Made by a program: the position numbers and the translations under genes
The notes under the pieces: generated by a model
Told to the model about the DNA's origin: nothing
What the model saw: only the letters and a program-made list of their open reading frames with translations
Database searches by the model: none
From: a virus
Reading direction: 5' to 3' (one strand)
Length of the DNA: 64,000 nt
IMG/VR virus record: IMGVR_UViG_3300034021_001440
Coordinates: 1-64,000 of that record
Part shown: positions 17,722 to 26,208 of the stretch, one piece after another
How the letters are laid out: every line of letters begins with the position of its first letter
Numbering within the stretch: position 1 is the stretch's first letter

Positions 17722-18095
17722 GCAATCCCACGATGCTTTCTGCGTCAATTCGTGGCATCCGGTATCCTCTTACCGTTGAGAATGGCAATCTAGCAGTCAG
17801 CACTGACTACGACTTGATTTCGCAGCAGATTCGTAGCGTTCTCGAAACGCGCTACTACGAGCGTGTCATGATCGCTGACTACGGCATCGGTGACTATGTT
17901 CTGGAGATTCTAGATCCTGGACTCATCAACTCTTCCATTCAGAGCGCCATTCTCCAAAACGTTGACGGTCTCACTGCACTTTCTGTGCTCGGGGACTGGA
18001 AGACTGCCGGAGACGACGGTTTATACACGGTTTCTATTCAATACGAGGTGGCAGGAGTGCCTCAACCGCCTCTCAACTTCACCCTGGCGAACTAA
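17718..18095 (+). CDS. baseplate wedge protein, gp25/W-like
   Basis: GIRYPL, QQIRSVLETRYYERVMIADYG. Confidence 0.8.
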   Translation: MSNPTMLSASIRGIRYPLTVENGNLAVSTDYDLISQQIRSVLETRYYERVMIADYGIGDYVLEILDPGLINSSIQSAILQNVDGLTALSVLGDWKTAGDDGLYTVSIQYEVAGVPQPPLNFTLAN

Positions 18096-18097
18096 CC

Positions 18098-18105
18098 GGG
18101 TAAAA
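18098..18105 (+). promoter_or_regulatory. putative late promoter GGGTAAAA
   Basis: 40 nt before the portal ATG. Confidence 0.7.
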
Positions 18106-18137
18106 CTAATCAACTAGGCCACTGCACGAGACTTTGG

Positions 18138-19760
18138 ATGGCGCAGCGATTCAAGACAGCACCAGTCCCATCAGGAGAAGTCGCAAGGTACACGAGCGAC
18201 CCATATAATCTATCGTCAATCTACATGTTCGGTAGTTCCTCTCCCTTCACGGGGCAGGGGAACACGATCGTTCGCCCGAACGACGATCTTCTGATTCAGA
18301 AGGGTGGCAACCGCGCCCTGGTGGTGTATCAGCGTCTGCTCTATGACGAGCAAGTGCAGGGATGCTTCCGCAAGTTGCTCCAAGAAGTGACTTCGCGTCC
18401 CTGGTATGTTCAGCAATATTCGGATAAACCTGGAGACATGGCAGTCCGGGACTTTGTGGCCGAAGTTCTGGAAGAGATGCCTCTGGATGACATCTATGTG
18501 GGAATGGCCGAGGCGATGATCACTGGTTTCTCTGTTGGAGAAATCATGTGGAAGAAGACCAAGCGCGGTGTGATTCCTTTTGACGTTCGCATGCGCGATC
18601 AGCGCCGTTTCGTTTTCCAGGAAGAGCAAGATGCCAGCACTGGCTTTACAATGCGTTGCCTCACTTTCAACCGCATGTTTGAAGGTGTTGAGCTCCCACA
18701 GCGGAAGTTTATCGTCTCTCGCTACTGGGTTTCGCACAACGGCGACCCATACGGTTCTTCTCTCGGCCGCATTCTTTATCCTCTCGTCAAGTTTCGGCGC
18801 CGTGCCATCGAGTCTTACGTGCTCTACGGCGACCGTTACGCGACGCCGACAGCTGTTGCTAAAGCCCCTCTCAGTGCGAGCACGAGAGAGTTGGATACGC
18901 TCTACGGCCATCTTTCCAATCTCTCGCAAGAAACGGCAATGATTCTGCCGGAAGGATACGAGCTTGAGTTCGTTGTCCCCTCCGGTTCTCCCGAAGTTTT
19001 CAAAAATCTGATTGACTATATCGACAAAGAAATCTCTCTGGTTATCTGTGGAGAGAACGAAGCTGGGCAGGCTGAAGCAGGCTCCCGCGCTTCCTCTCAA
19101 GTGGCAAACACGGTGCGTGTGGTGCGAGCAAGCGAGCTCTCCGAAATGCTTTCGCACACACTCTCACAAACCTTGGTTCGTTGGATCGTCGATCTGAACT
19201 TTGGCACTGACGTTGCCTCACCCTCTCTGACTCGCGAGTTTCGCATCGAGGAATCTGCCATCACGGTTCCCGACCTTTCCCTGCTCATTCAGTCTGGATA
19301 CACTCCTCGCAAAGAATGGATCGAGCGTCACTTCCGCGTGGAGCTGGAAGAGAAGTCTCCCGGCGAAAGTGGTGGCGCAGAGGAAGAGGCACAATTTGAT
19401 CCGCAAAAAGATCAGAATCTTTTTGAAAACATTTTTGGCCCTGAGGGAGAGGGGCAAGGTCCCACCCCCCAAGGAGAGCAAGCCGCTGCTGGTGAGCTTG
19501 AGAAAGCAGCAAACGAAATGAACATGCCCGCTGGCGCTGCTCCCGAAGAATCCCAAGCTGACGCAATAGGGGACCCTTCTGTTGACGACCTATTGGCAAG
19601 CACTGAGGAAGGCAGCACCGGTGCTCCGACTGAGCTGGACGATGAGCTTGACTTCCTTTGGGACAATGAGCCCGAAGAGAGCATTTCTGATGATGAAGAG
19701 AAACCGTTCGGCGACCAAATAATCACGGAGGACGAAGCAGTTGAGATGGATAGAAAGTAG
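18138..19760 (+). CDS. portal protein, Mu gp29 / DUF935-like, with long acidic C-terminal tail
   Basis: GFSVGEIMW, DPYGSSLGR.LY, YATP, IDYIDKEIS..ICG, GSRASSQV, LVRWIVDLNFG. Confidence 0.88.
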   Translation: MAQRFKTAPVPSGEVARYTSDPYNLSSIYMFGSSSPFTGQGNTIVRPNDDLLIQKGGNRALVVYQRLLYDEQVQGCFRKLLQEVTSRPWYVQQYSDKPGDMAVRDFVAEVLEEMPLDDIYVGMAEAMITGFSVGEIMWKKTKRGVIPFDVRMRDQRRFVFQEEQDASTGFTMRCLTFNRMFEGVELPQRKFIVSRYWVSHNGDPYGSSLGRILYPLVKFRRRAIESYVLYGDRYATPTAVAKAPLSASTRELDTLYGHLSNLSQETAMILPEGYELEFVVPSGSPEVFKNLIDYIDKEISLVICGENEAGQAEAGSRASSQVANTVRVVRASELSEMLSHTLSQTLVRWIVDLNFGTDVASPSLTREFRIEESAITVPDLSLLIQSGYTPRKEWIERHFRVELEEKSPGESGGAEEEAQFDPQKDQNLFENIFGPEGEGQGPTPQGEQAAAGELEKAANEMNMPAGAAPEESQADAIGDPSVDDLLASTEEGSTGAPTELDDELDFLWDNEPEESISDDEEKPFGDQIITEDEAVEMDRK

Positions 19761-19767
19761 GGTAAAA
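19760..19767 (+). promoter_or_regulatory. putative late promoter GGGTAAAA
   Basis: 37 nt before GTG 19797. Confidence 0.7.
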
Positions 19768-19796
19768 AACCAAGTATGGGTCACTAACTAAACACG

Positions 19797-22595
19797 GTGT
19801 TTACAAAAAGAATACACGTCTTCAAAGCAGGTGATCAGACCTCGGCCCAAGGGGTCCAACGGAAGTTTTCTCCGAAGGACCTCGAACAAGTGGTGCGGAC
19901 ATACGATCCTGCGATCCATGAAGCACCTCTCGTCATCGGCCATGCGGGAGATAACGACAGTCTTCCTGCCTACGGTTGGATCCAAGGATTCAGCCGTGAA
20001 GGGGATAACTTGTATGCAGACGTCGCTTTTACTGACACTGCAAAGAATCTGGTGAAAGATGGGCATTACCGCAAGGTTTCCATCTCATTCTATTCTCCAG
20101 ACTCAGCAATCAATCCCCACAAAGGCAAGTGGAGTGCCCGACACCTTGCTCTGCTGGGGGCCTCTCCCCCGGCGGTGAAAGGACTTGAGCCATTCACCTT
20201 CGCGGAAACGGAAGGAGTCTACGATTTTGCCGTGGCCTTGTCGCCCTCGGACATTTTCGATGAGGAACTTGGACCGACACTCATTGTTGAGAAGAGTCCC
20301 CTCGAAATGTTGCAAGAAAAACTCGCTGCCGTCCGTGAGGACGTCTCCAGCGCAGTCAAAGACTTGCAAACCAGTTCGCAGGCTCAGCCTGTGCAACAAC
20401 TTGAGGAAGTGACTGGATCCTCGGTAACTACAGAGCCAGAAACCGCACAAATGGCTAATCCAGAAACCGACTACTCTGAAAAACAAAAATACGTGGGTCG
20501 CGAAGGAACTGAAATCACTCAGCAAACGGCTGACCTCGAAGATCAATTTCCGGAAGAGGAATTTATGGAACAAGGAAAAATCAGCCGGAAGCACGCTAAA
20601 GGTGCCCACGGCCAAGTCATGCAAGTCGTAGAGAACGTCTACGAGGAAGCTCACAAAGAATCTACCGACGAACGCAAAGCCGCTGCCGACCGTGCCTTCG
20701 AAGCCAAGCGCATGAAGAAGGAAGGAAAGCCTGCGGAGGCCAAAGAGGTCAAGCGTTTCGGTAAGGAAGAGGACGAACTCATCAAAGAAGCCAAGCATGG
20801 TGAGATGCCTCCCGCCCTCAAAAAGCGTGCTGCTCAAGTGAAAGCCCAAGGCCACTTTGCCGAGGATCACGCCGAGCTCGAGTACGATGAGGACCCCACT
20901 GGTCGTTACGAGACTGCCCGTTCGACTGACAACGGCTATGTCGATCGCATGAAGGTTGGCAAGTCTGGTCCCGACGGCAACGTGGGCCGCATGAAGACTG
21001 CCCGGTCCAGTGAGCAGGATCGCGACCGTATGCACACCGCTGAAAACGGTGAGCAAGACTCTGACCGTATGCACACTGCCGAAGCTGGTCCCGATGGAGA
21101 TGGTTTCTCCCGCTGGGCTGGTCAGGAAGATGGCTACGATCAAGTCAGCAACATGGACCAGTATGACGCTGGTTTTGACGATTACCCGGAAGGCAATAAG
21201 CCGAAGCTGTCTTCGGGAACCGACCCTTACGGTCGTGACGAGACTGAGACCAAGATTCCGACCGAGTCGGAAGAGATGCCCGATGACACCGTGTTTGCTG
21301 TTGGCATGACCAACGTTATGAGCGACAAGAACATGCGTGTTCTTCGTCAGAAGTCTTCGGATGCTCGTGCCAAGTCCGTGGGCACCCACGACTATCTCTA
21401 CGGTGAGCCTCAAGCCGATGAAATGACTGGCGAAAAAGGTGTGACAACCGCTCGCAAGGGCATGACAGCCAGCAAGACCGTTGAGCACGCTGAGTACGAG
21501 ACTGACGACGCTGACAGCGGCGCCAGCCTGGACACTCTGCGCCACGAAATCGGCGACGGCAAGAAAGCCAAGAATCGTCTCCTGACCCCTGGTGCTCAGG
21601 ACTCCCTCGAGGATCCTGCTGCCATTGTTGGACCTTCTGGTGCTTATGCTGAGCGTTCGATGAAGACGCTGCGTGCCACCGACGGCGACGGTATTCCCGT
21701 CAAAGGTGCCGAGCATGCTGAAATCCCTGAGGGCGAGTACAAGTCCTACAAGGGCGAGAAGAAGTCCTCCAACAAGCAGCTGGTCCCCGGCGCTATGGAT
21801 CGCATTGACGAGGCCGATCAAACCGTGGGCCCTGACGGTGCCTATGGTGAAGCCTCTCTCCAACAGCTCCGTAATGACATCGGCGATGGCAAGCCCTCCA
21901 AGGCCCGTCAGCTCAAGCCCGGTGCCATGGACGACCTGGACAGCCCTGCTGAGGTTTCCAAGCGTTCCGGCGGCGTGTATGCTGAGGAGCACGGCGAGAA
22001 GAAGGATCCCTACACCAAGACCGGCTTCGGCTCCACCTACGATGAAGGTGAAGGTGATGACGGTGTGGATGAAGGTGAAGAGGACTACAACGAGCTGAGC
22101 GTTGACCACTGCGGTATGGACTACGGCATGGGTTCGATGGGTCAGGCTCGTGCCGTAGGTTTCCCTGCCATGAGCATGGCTGAGAAGATGCAAGCTGAGC
22201 TTGAGAAACTCAAGTCTGAGCATGCTGAGCTCCAGAAAATGTACATGGAGGAGAAGATCAAGGCTCGCAAGGACAAGATGCACAGCTTCGTTGAAGCTCT
22301 GTATGAAGAGGGTCGCCTGACTGACGGCATCATGCCTCAGGGCGAACTGCTTTCCTATTGCGAAGGCCTTGAGTTCGGCACCATGGAGTTCTCAGAGGGT
22401 GAGACTGCTGCCACCAAACTGCTCGGCCTGCTGGCCAAGCTGCCCCCGATGGTTTCCTTCGGTGAAGTGGCCGGTGGTACTTTCCAGTACGCTGAAGAGG
22501 ACCTCGATCCTCACGCTCGTGCTCTGAAAATGGTTGAAGAGTCCGAAGGTGCTATCGACTACGTTGAAGCACTGAAGAAGACCATGTTCTCCTGA
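19797..22595 (+). CDS. prohead protease-scaffold (Mu I/Z-like) with very long repetitive middle region
   Basis: APLVIGH, AYGWI, YRKVSISF, RHLALLGASPPAVKGL; C-terminal coiled coil and DYVEAL; possible internal start ATG 20565 after GAGGA. Confidence 0.85.
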   Translation: MFTKRIHVFKAGDQTSAQGVQRKFSPKDLEQVVRTYDPAIHEAPLVIGHAGDNDSLPAYGWIQGFSREGDNLYADVAFTDTAKNLVKDGHYRKVSISFYSPDSAINPHKGKWSARHLALLGASPPAVKGLEPFTFAETEGVYDFAVALSPSDIFDEELGPTLIVEKSPLEMLQEKLAAVREDVSSAVKDLQTSSQAQPVQQLEEVTGSSVTTEPETAQMANPETDYSEKQKYVGREGTEITQQTADLEDQFPEEEFMEQGKISRKHAKGAHGQVMQVVENVYEEAHKESTDERKAAADRAFEAKRMKKEGKPAEAKEVKRFGKEEDELIKEAKHGEMPPALKKRAAQVKAQGHFAEDHAELEYDEDPTGRYETARSTDNGYVDRMKVGKSGPDGNVGRMKTARSSEQDRDRMHTAENGEQDSDRMHTAEAGPDGDGFSRWAGQEDGYDQVSNMDQYDAGFDDYPEGNKPKLSSGTDPYGRDETETKIPTESEEMPDDTVFAVGMTNVMSDKNMRVLRQKSSDARAKSVGTHDYLYGEPQADEMTGEKGVTTARKGMTASKTVEHAEYETDDADSGASLDTLRHEIGDGKKAKNRLLTPGAQDSLEDPAAIVGPSGAYAERSMKTLRATDGDGIPVKGAEHAEIPEGEYKSYKGEKKSSNKQLVPGAMDRIDEADQTVGPDGAYGEASLQQLRNDIGDGKPSKARQLKPGAMDDLDSPAEVSKRSGGVYAEEHGEKKDPYTKTGFGSTYDEGEGDDGVDEGEEDYNELSVDHCGMDYGMGSMGQARAVGFPAMSMAEKMQAELEKLKSEHAELQKMYMEEKIKARKDKMHSFVEALYEEGRLTDGIMPQGELLSYCEGLEFGTMEFSEGETAATKLLGLLAKLPPMVSFGEVAGGTFQYAEEDLDPHARALKMVEESEGAIDYVEALKKTMFS

Positions 22596-22601
22596 TGAGT
22601 T

Positions 22602-23366
22602 ATGGATCTCCTCTCGTTTGTTAGCTTAGCCACCAAGCGCAGGGGAGACTACATCTCTCAAGCAAAAGATCTTGTCAAGAAGTACAAGGATGCTGGCAAT
22701 CTTGAACAGAGAATGGCAGCAGAGTCTGTGGCTCTTGTCAAAGGATATCGAGACAAGCTAATGAGGTGGGAAGAGTTCGAAAGAACAATTTTGGACAAAA
22801 CTCTCACCTCAGCACTTGCCTCGGTTATTTTCGGAGTCGGACCGGATAAATCCGATCAAAAAATTGAAAAGGCATGGCCCATCATTGTTGGCGACATGCT
22901 TCCTCCCCTCACAAAGTTCTTGGCAGAGATCAAGGAATATGTCGATAACGGCACCCTTCGTCTTGGTGACCAGACTCTCGATTTTGCTGACTACGACCTT
23001 CTCGGGGCTGTTCCCGGTGCGGTTGATTTGACAACGGACGAGATTGACGGTATCAATCCCGAAAACGAAGGTACAAACGAAGCGTCTCAGGGAAGGGCAC
23101 AAGGAAAAACTTGGCCCTCACTCGCGGACAGAGTTGCACGATACCTTTCCACCCCGGTCTTCGCTTTCTTCAGTCTTGGGCAGTACATGGTAGCTCAGGA
23201 TCTGGGCTACAAGGAAATGCGCAGGGTTGCACGAGGCGATAAGAAGACTTGTGTTGACTGCAAAAACTACGGAGAAATGGGGTGGACTCCTATCGGCGAA
23301 CTTCCAATGCCAGGCAAAGGTTGTCGGTGCTACGATCGATGCCGTTGTAGCATTGAATACCGGTAG
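22602..23366 (+). CDS. head morphogenesis protein, Mu gpF-like
   Basis: C-terminal KTCVDC...LPMPG..CRCYDRCRCSIEY. Confidence 0.65.
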   Translation: MDLLSFVSLATKRRGDYISQAKDLVKKYKDAGNLEQRMAAESVALVKGYRDKLMRWEEFERTILDKTLTSALASVIFGVGPDKSDQKIEKAWPIIVGDMLPPLTKFLAEIKEYVDNGTLRLGDQTLDFADYDLLGAVPGAVDLTTDEIDGINPENEGTNEASQGRAQGKTWPSLADRVARYLSTPVFAFFSLGQYMVAQDLGYKEMRRVARGDKKTCVDCKNYGEMGWTPIGELPMPGKGCRCYDRCRCSIEYR

Positions 23367-23373
23367 GGTAAAA
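23366..23373 (+). promoter_or_regulatory. putative late promoter GGGTAAAA
   Basis: upstream of the capsid operon. Confidence 0.7.
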
Positions 23374-23381
23374 ACAGGCAT

Positions 23382-23431
23382 ACTGACTGGGTTCCAAAAC
23401 AAGTCCCAGAGTAACCAAAACGAACTTGAAG
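23382..23431 (+). ncRNA. putative 5' UTR RNA element, copy 1 (CTGGG...AAGT-CCCAG ... TTGAAG)
   Basis: stem with AAGU bulge, shared with 23935-23988. Confidence 0.45.
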
Positions 23432-23451
23432 TCCTCTATCTGAGATACAAA

Positions 23452-23925
23452 ATGACGATTAACACTGGACCTATCTACGGAAAGCAGTACATCCGTTACG
23501 CTGAGACCTGGGAAGCTCCCAGCAATAACCAAGCTGGAGCCCTCGATGTCGTTGATGTTGGCGAACTCCGTTGCGTGAGCTACGCCACCTGGGCTGGCCC
23601 CAACTACGCTGCTGCTGGTGACGCTTTCAGCCCCGCTGTGGCTCAATCCACCATCGTCGGTGTGAACCAGGCCTATGTGCCCACCGCTCTGGCTTCCCCT
23701 GCCGCGCCCCGTCAAATGACCGTGGCTACCTCCGGTCTGCTGCTGATCGAGCAAGACACTGCTGCTCCTTTCACCAACGCCAACCTGAACGCTCCCCTGG
23801 CCATCAACGCCCTGGGTCAAGCCCGTCTTGGCGGCACCGCCGCGACCCTGGATGGCACCACTCCCCGCATCCGTGAGATCGTGACCATCGGTGGTCGCAA
23901 CCTCGTTCTCGTCAGCTTCGCCTGA
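23452..23925 (+). CDS. capsid decoration / cement protein
   Basis: 157 aa, immediately upstream of the major capsid gene; TVATSGLLLIE pattern. Confidence 0.7.
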   Translation: MTINTGPIYGKQYIRYAETWEAPSNNQAGALDVVDVGELRCVSYATWAGPNYAAAGDAFSPAVAQSTIVGVNQAYVPTALASPAAPRQMTVATSGLLLIEQDTAAPFTNANLNAPLAINALGQARLGGTAATLDGTTPRIREIVTIGGRNLVLVSFA

Positions 23926-23934
23926 TAACTAGCA

Positions 23935-23988
23935 CAGGCTGGGCATCCGCAAGGTGTAAGTCCCAGCCCTGGTTGCAACCATTTGAAG
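23935..23988 (+). ncRNA. putative 5' UTR RNA element, copy 2 (GCTGGG-CATCC-GCAA-GGTG-TAAGT-CCCAGC ... TTGAAG)
   Basis: GNRA-capped inner hairpin; same outer stem and bulge as copy 1. Confidence 0.5.
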
Positions 23989-24017
23989 ACATTTTTTAAT
24001 TACGGAGACTCCCTCCC

Positions 24018-25073
24018 ATGATGAACCTCCAGCAAACCTATGCTGGTGTAGACCCGATTCTGACTACACTGGCACAAGGTTTCATGCTTCCGGCGACCAA
24101 TATCGCCAACTTTATTGCCCCCGTTGTTGACACCCCGACTCGTGCTGGCCGCATTCTGCGCTTCGGCAAAGAGCAGTTCGCCATCAACGACTTCCGTCGC
24201 GCTTACGGCACGAACATTCCTTACGTTCAAAGCCGTTACGACTCGGAGCCCTATGCTCTCGAGCAAGAAGTCGTGGCTTGGGAACTTCCCGAAGAAGTCA
24301 TCGAGAACGCCGGTGAAGGTCCTGCTCAGGTTGACCTGCGTGCGATCGAAACTCGCAACGCGATGTCCCGCCTGATGAACGCCTATGAGTACTCCGTGTC
24401 TCAGGCCGTCACCGTGGTTCCTGGCTACAACCCTTACGAAGATAACACCCCGGCTCCTGGCTCGCAGACCGGTCTGGGCTTCCTGACCTGGAGCGACTAC
24501 GCCACCGCTTACGGCACTGCCGCCGGTGACTATGCTTGGTCCTCCGGTGGTTCGAACCCGATCGAAGACGTTCTGACTCTGAAGCGTTCGGTTGCCAACC
24601 AGATCGGCATTCGCCCGAACTCGATGGTTCTTGGAACCGCCGTGTTCGACCAGCTGCTGACCAACGGTAACATCCTTGAGCGTATCAAGTACACCACCGC
24701 TGACTCCATCGACACCGACGTGCTGGCTCGCTACTTCGGTCTTGAGCGTGGTCTGCGCGTGGCTGAGGGTCGTTATCTGGCCACCGACGGCACCCTGCAG
24801 CCGGTGTTCCCCGAGAACGGCATCCTGCTGTTCTACAGCCCCAATGGTCCTAGCGACTCGGTGATGCCTGCTGGTGGTGCTAATGCTGCTACCCCTGCTT
24901 TCGCCTACACCTATCAGCTGACTGGTACTCCTGCCGTGCGCCCTGAGTACTACATTCGTGAGCGTCGTGTGGTTCGCGCTGAAATCACTGTTGAGCGTAT
25001 TATCAACCTTGTTGGCCTGGGTGCCACCGGTAGAATCGGTTCGGGAGCTATGATCACCAACGTTCTGTCCTGA
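24018..25073 (+). CDS. major capsid protein
   Basis: VDPILTTLAQGF, FGKEQF, WS...SNPIEDV, GIRPNSMVLG, PAFAYTY; strong codon bias; position in head module. Confidence 0.88.
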   Translation: MMNLQQTYAGVDPILTTLAQGFMLPATNIANFIAPVVDTPTRAGRILRFGKEQFAINDFRRAYGTNIPYVQSRYDSEPYALEQEVVAWELPEEVIENAGEGPAQVDLRAIETRNAMSRLMNAYEYSVSQAVTVVPGYNPYEDNTPAPGSQTGLGFLTWSDYATAYGTAAGDYAWSSGGSNPIEDVLTLKRSVANQIGIRPNSMVLGTAVFDQLLTNGNILERIKYTTADSIDTDVLARYFGLERGLRVAEGRYLATDGTLQPVFPENGILLFYSPNGPSDSVMPAGGANAATPAFAYTYQLTGTPAVRPEYYIRERRVVRAEITVERIINLVGLGATGRIGSGAMITNVLS

Positions 25074-25101
25074 TAAGGATAGACATTAAGGAGGTGTTAT
25101 C

Positions 25102-25548
25102 ATGGCTATTCTTCGCCCGATCACTAAAGCGCAGTATACCGTCTCGTTCTCCGATTCGACTGGCGCAGTAGTTTTCAACAGCGTTTTCACAACGTTTAGT
25201 GGTATCAACGATTCGTCGGATGCTACTCAATATGCTAACGGAACCGGCAACCGCCTGTTCCACGTCGTAGGTCCTCGCACCGCTGAGAACGTTACTCTCG
25301 GTGCTCCTTACGATCCGACGATCTTCAAAAACCTCGAAAAGTTCTGGCTCAACTATAACTGTGAGCCTCTGACCGTGACCGTCACTCCTAAGAGCTGTGA
25401 CGGCATCACTGACGGCCCGACGGGTGGCCAATATGTTTGCTACGAATGTCAGTTCGTGTCGGTCAACACCGCTGAGGTGGACCGTGAGAGCGGCGACGTG
25501 GCGACCATTGAAGTTGAGTTTACCGTCAACTACTGGACTCGGACCTGA
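25102..25548 (+). CDS. tail tube protein
   Basis: 148 aa; FTTFSGI, ENVTL, EVDRESGDVATIEVEFTV; strong AGGAGG RBS. Confidence 0.8.
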   Translation: MAILRPITKAQYTVSFSDSTGAVVFNSVFTTFSGINDSSDATQYANGTGNRLFHVVGPRTAENVTLGAPYDPTIFKNLEKFWLNYNCEPLTVTVTPKSCDGITDGPTGGQYVCYECQFVSVNTAEVDRESGDVATIEVEFTVNYWTRT

Positions 25549-25565
25549 GTTCCCCCGATCAAACT

Positions 25566-25592
25566 GACCCCGGCTTCGGTCGGGGTCTTTTT
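25566..25592 (+). terminator. intrinsic terminator
   Basis: GACCCCGGC-TTCG-GTCGGGGTC followed by TTTTT. Confidence 0.9.
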
Positions 25593-25599
25593 GTTTGTA

Positions 25600-25607
25600 G
25601 GGTAAAA
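25600..25607 (+). promoter_or_regulatory. putative late promoter GGGTAAAA
   Basis: directly after the terminator, 39 nt before the ATG. Confidence 0.75.
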
Positions 25608-25638
25608 CAATTAAAAGCATACAATCCGACAGGGATTC

Positions 25639-26196
25639 ATGGCAAAGACGACGTTTAGTTCCGGGGTCATCGTCACTTCACAGTGGTTGAACGGAGCGCA
25701 GCAAATATACTTCGACGGCCAAGACCTGGATTGGCACTATCCTCCGCTGGGTTTGAGTTCTCTAGTTCTGTCCGGCCCCGACGGAATGGACAACCGCTAT
25801 GTGACTTTGGGGACTGACCAGCCGACGGTTGTTGGCGGGGTTTATCAAACTGGGATCCCAATCAGCGGAAGCAAAGTTGTCACAGGGCCGTGGAGTTACG
25901 GATACGATCCGCTATTTCTCGGAAACCCTGCAAATGTCATCGCAAACGCACCAAAAAGTTTCACAACCAACGGCAAATATGACAACGCCAATGGCTCCTC
26001 CCCTTCGACAGTGCCGCAGCGTTTTGCCGCCCTAGACCCCGAAGACCTCATCACCAAAAAAATCCTGGCTGAGTGGGCTGAGTATATCTTGGAAGAACTG
26101 GAAATTGACAACGGTATCTATGCTTCCGCGTCCTCGCCAGGCTGTATGAATTACAGTGTTGGGTCAGGTAATTCGCCTGTCATTTGTAATCCTTGA
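25639..26196 (+). CDS. virion structural protein (hypothetical)
   Basis: MAKTTFSSGVIVTSQWLN fibre-like N-terminus; genomic context. Confidence 0.65.
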   Translation: MAKTTFSSGVIVTSQWLNGAQQIYFDGQDLDWHYPPLGLSSLVLSGPDGMDNRYVTLGTDQPTVVGGVYQTGIPISGSKVVTGPWSYGYDPLFLGNPANVIANAPKSFTTNGKYDNANGSSPSTVPQRFAALDPEDLITKKILAEWAEYILEELEIDNGIYASASSPGCMNYSVGSGNSPVICNP

Positions 26197-26208
26197 TGAG
26201 GTAAAATC

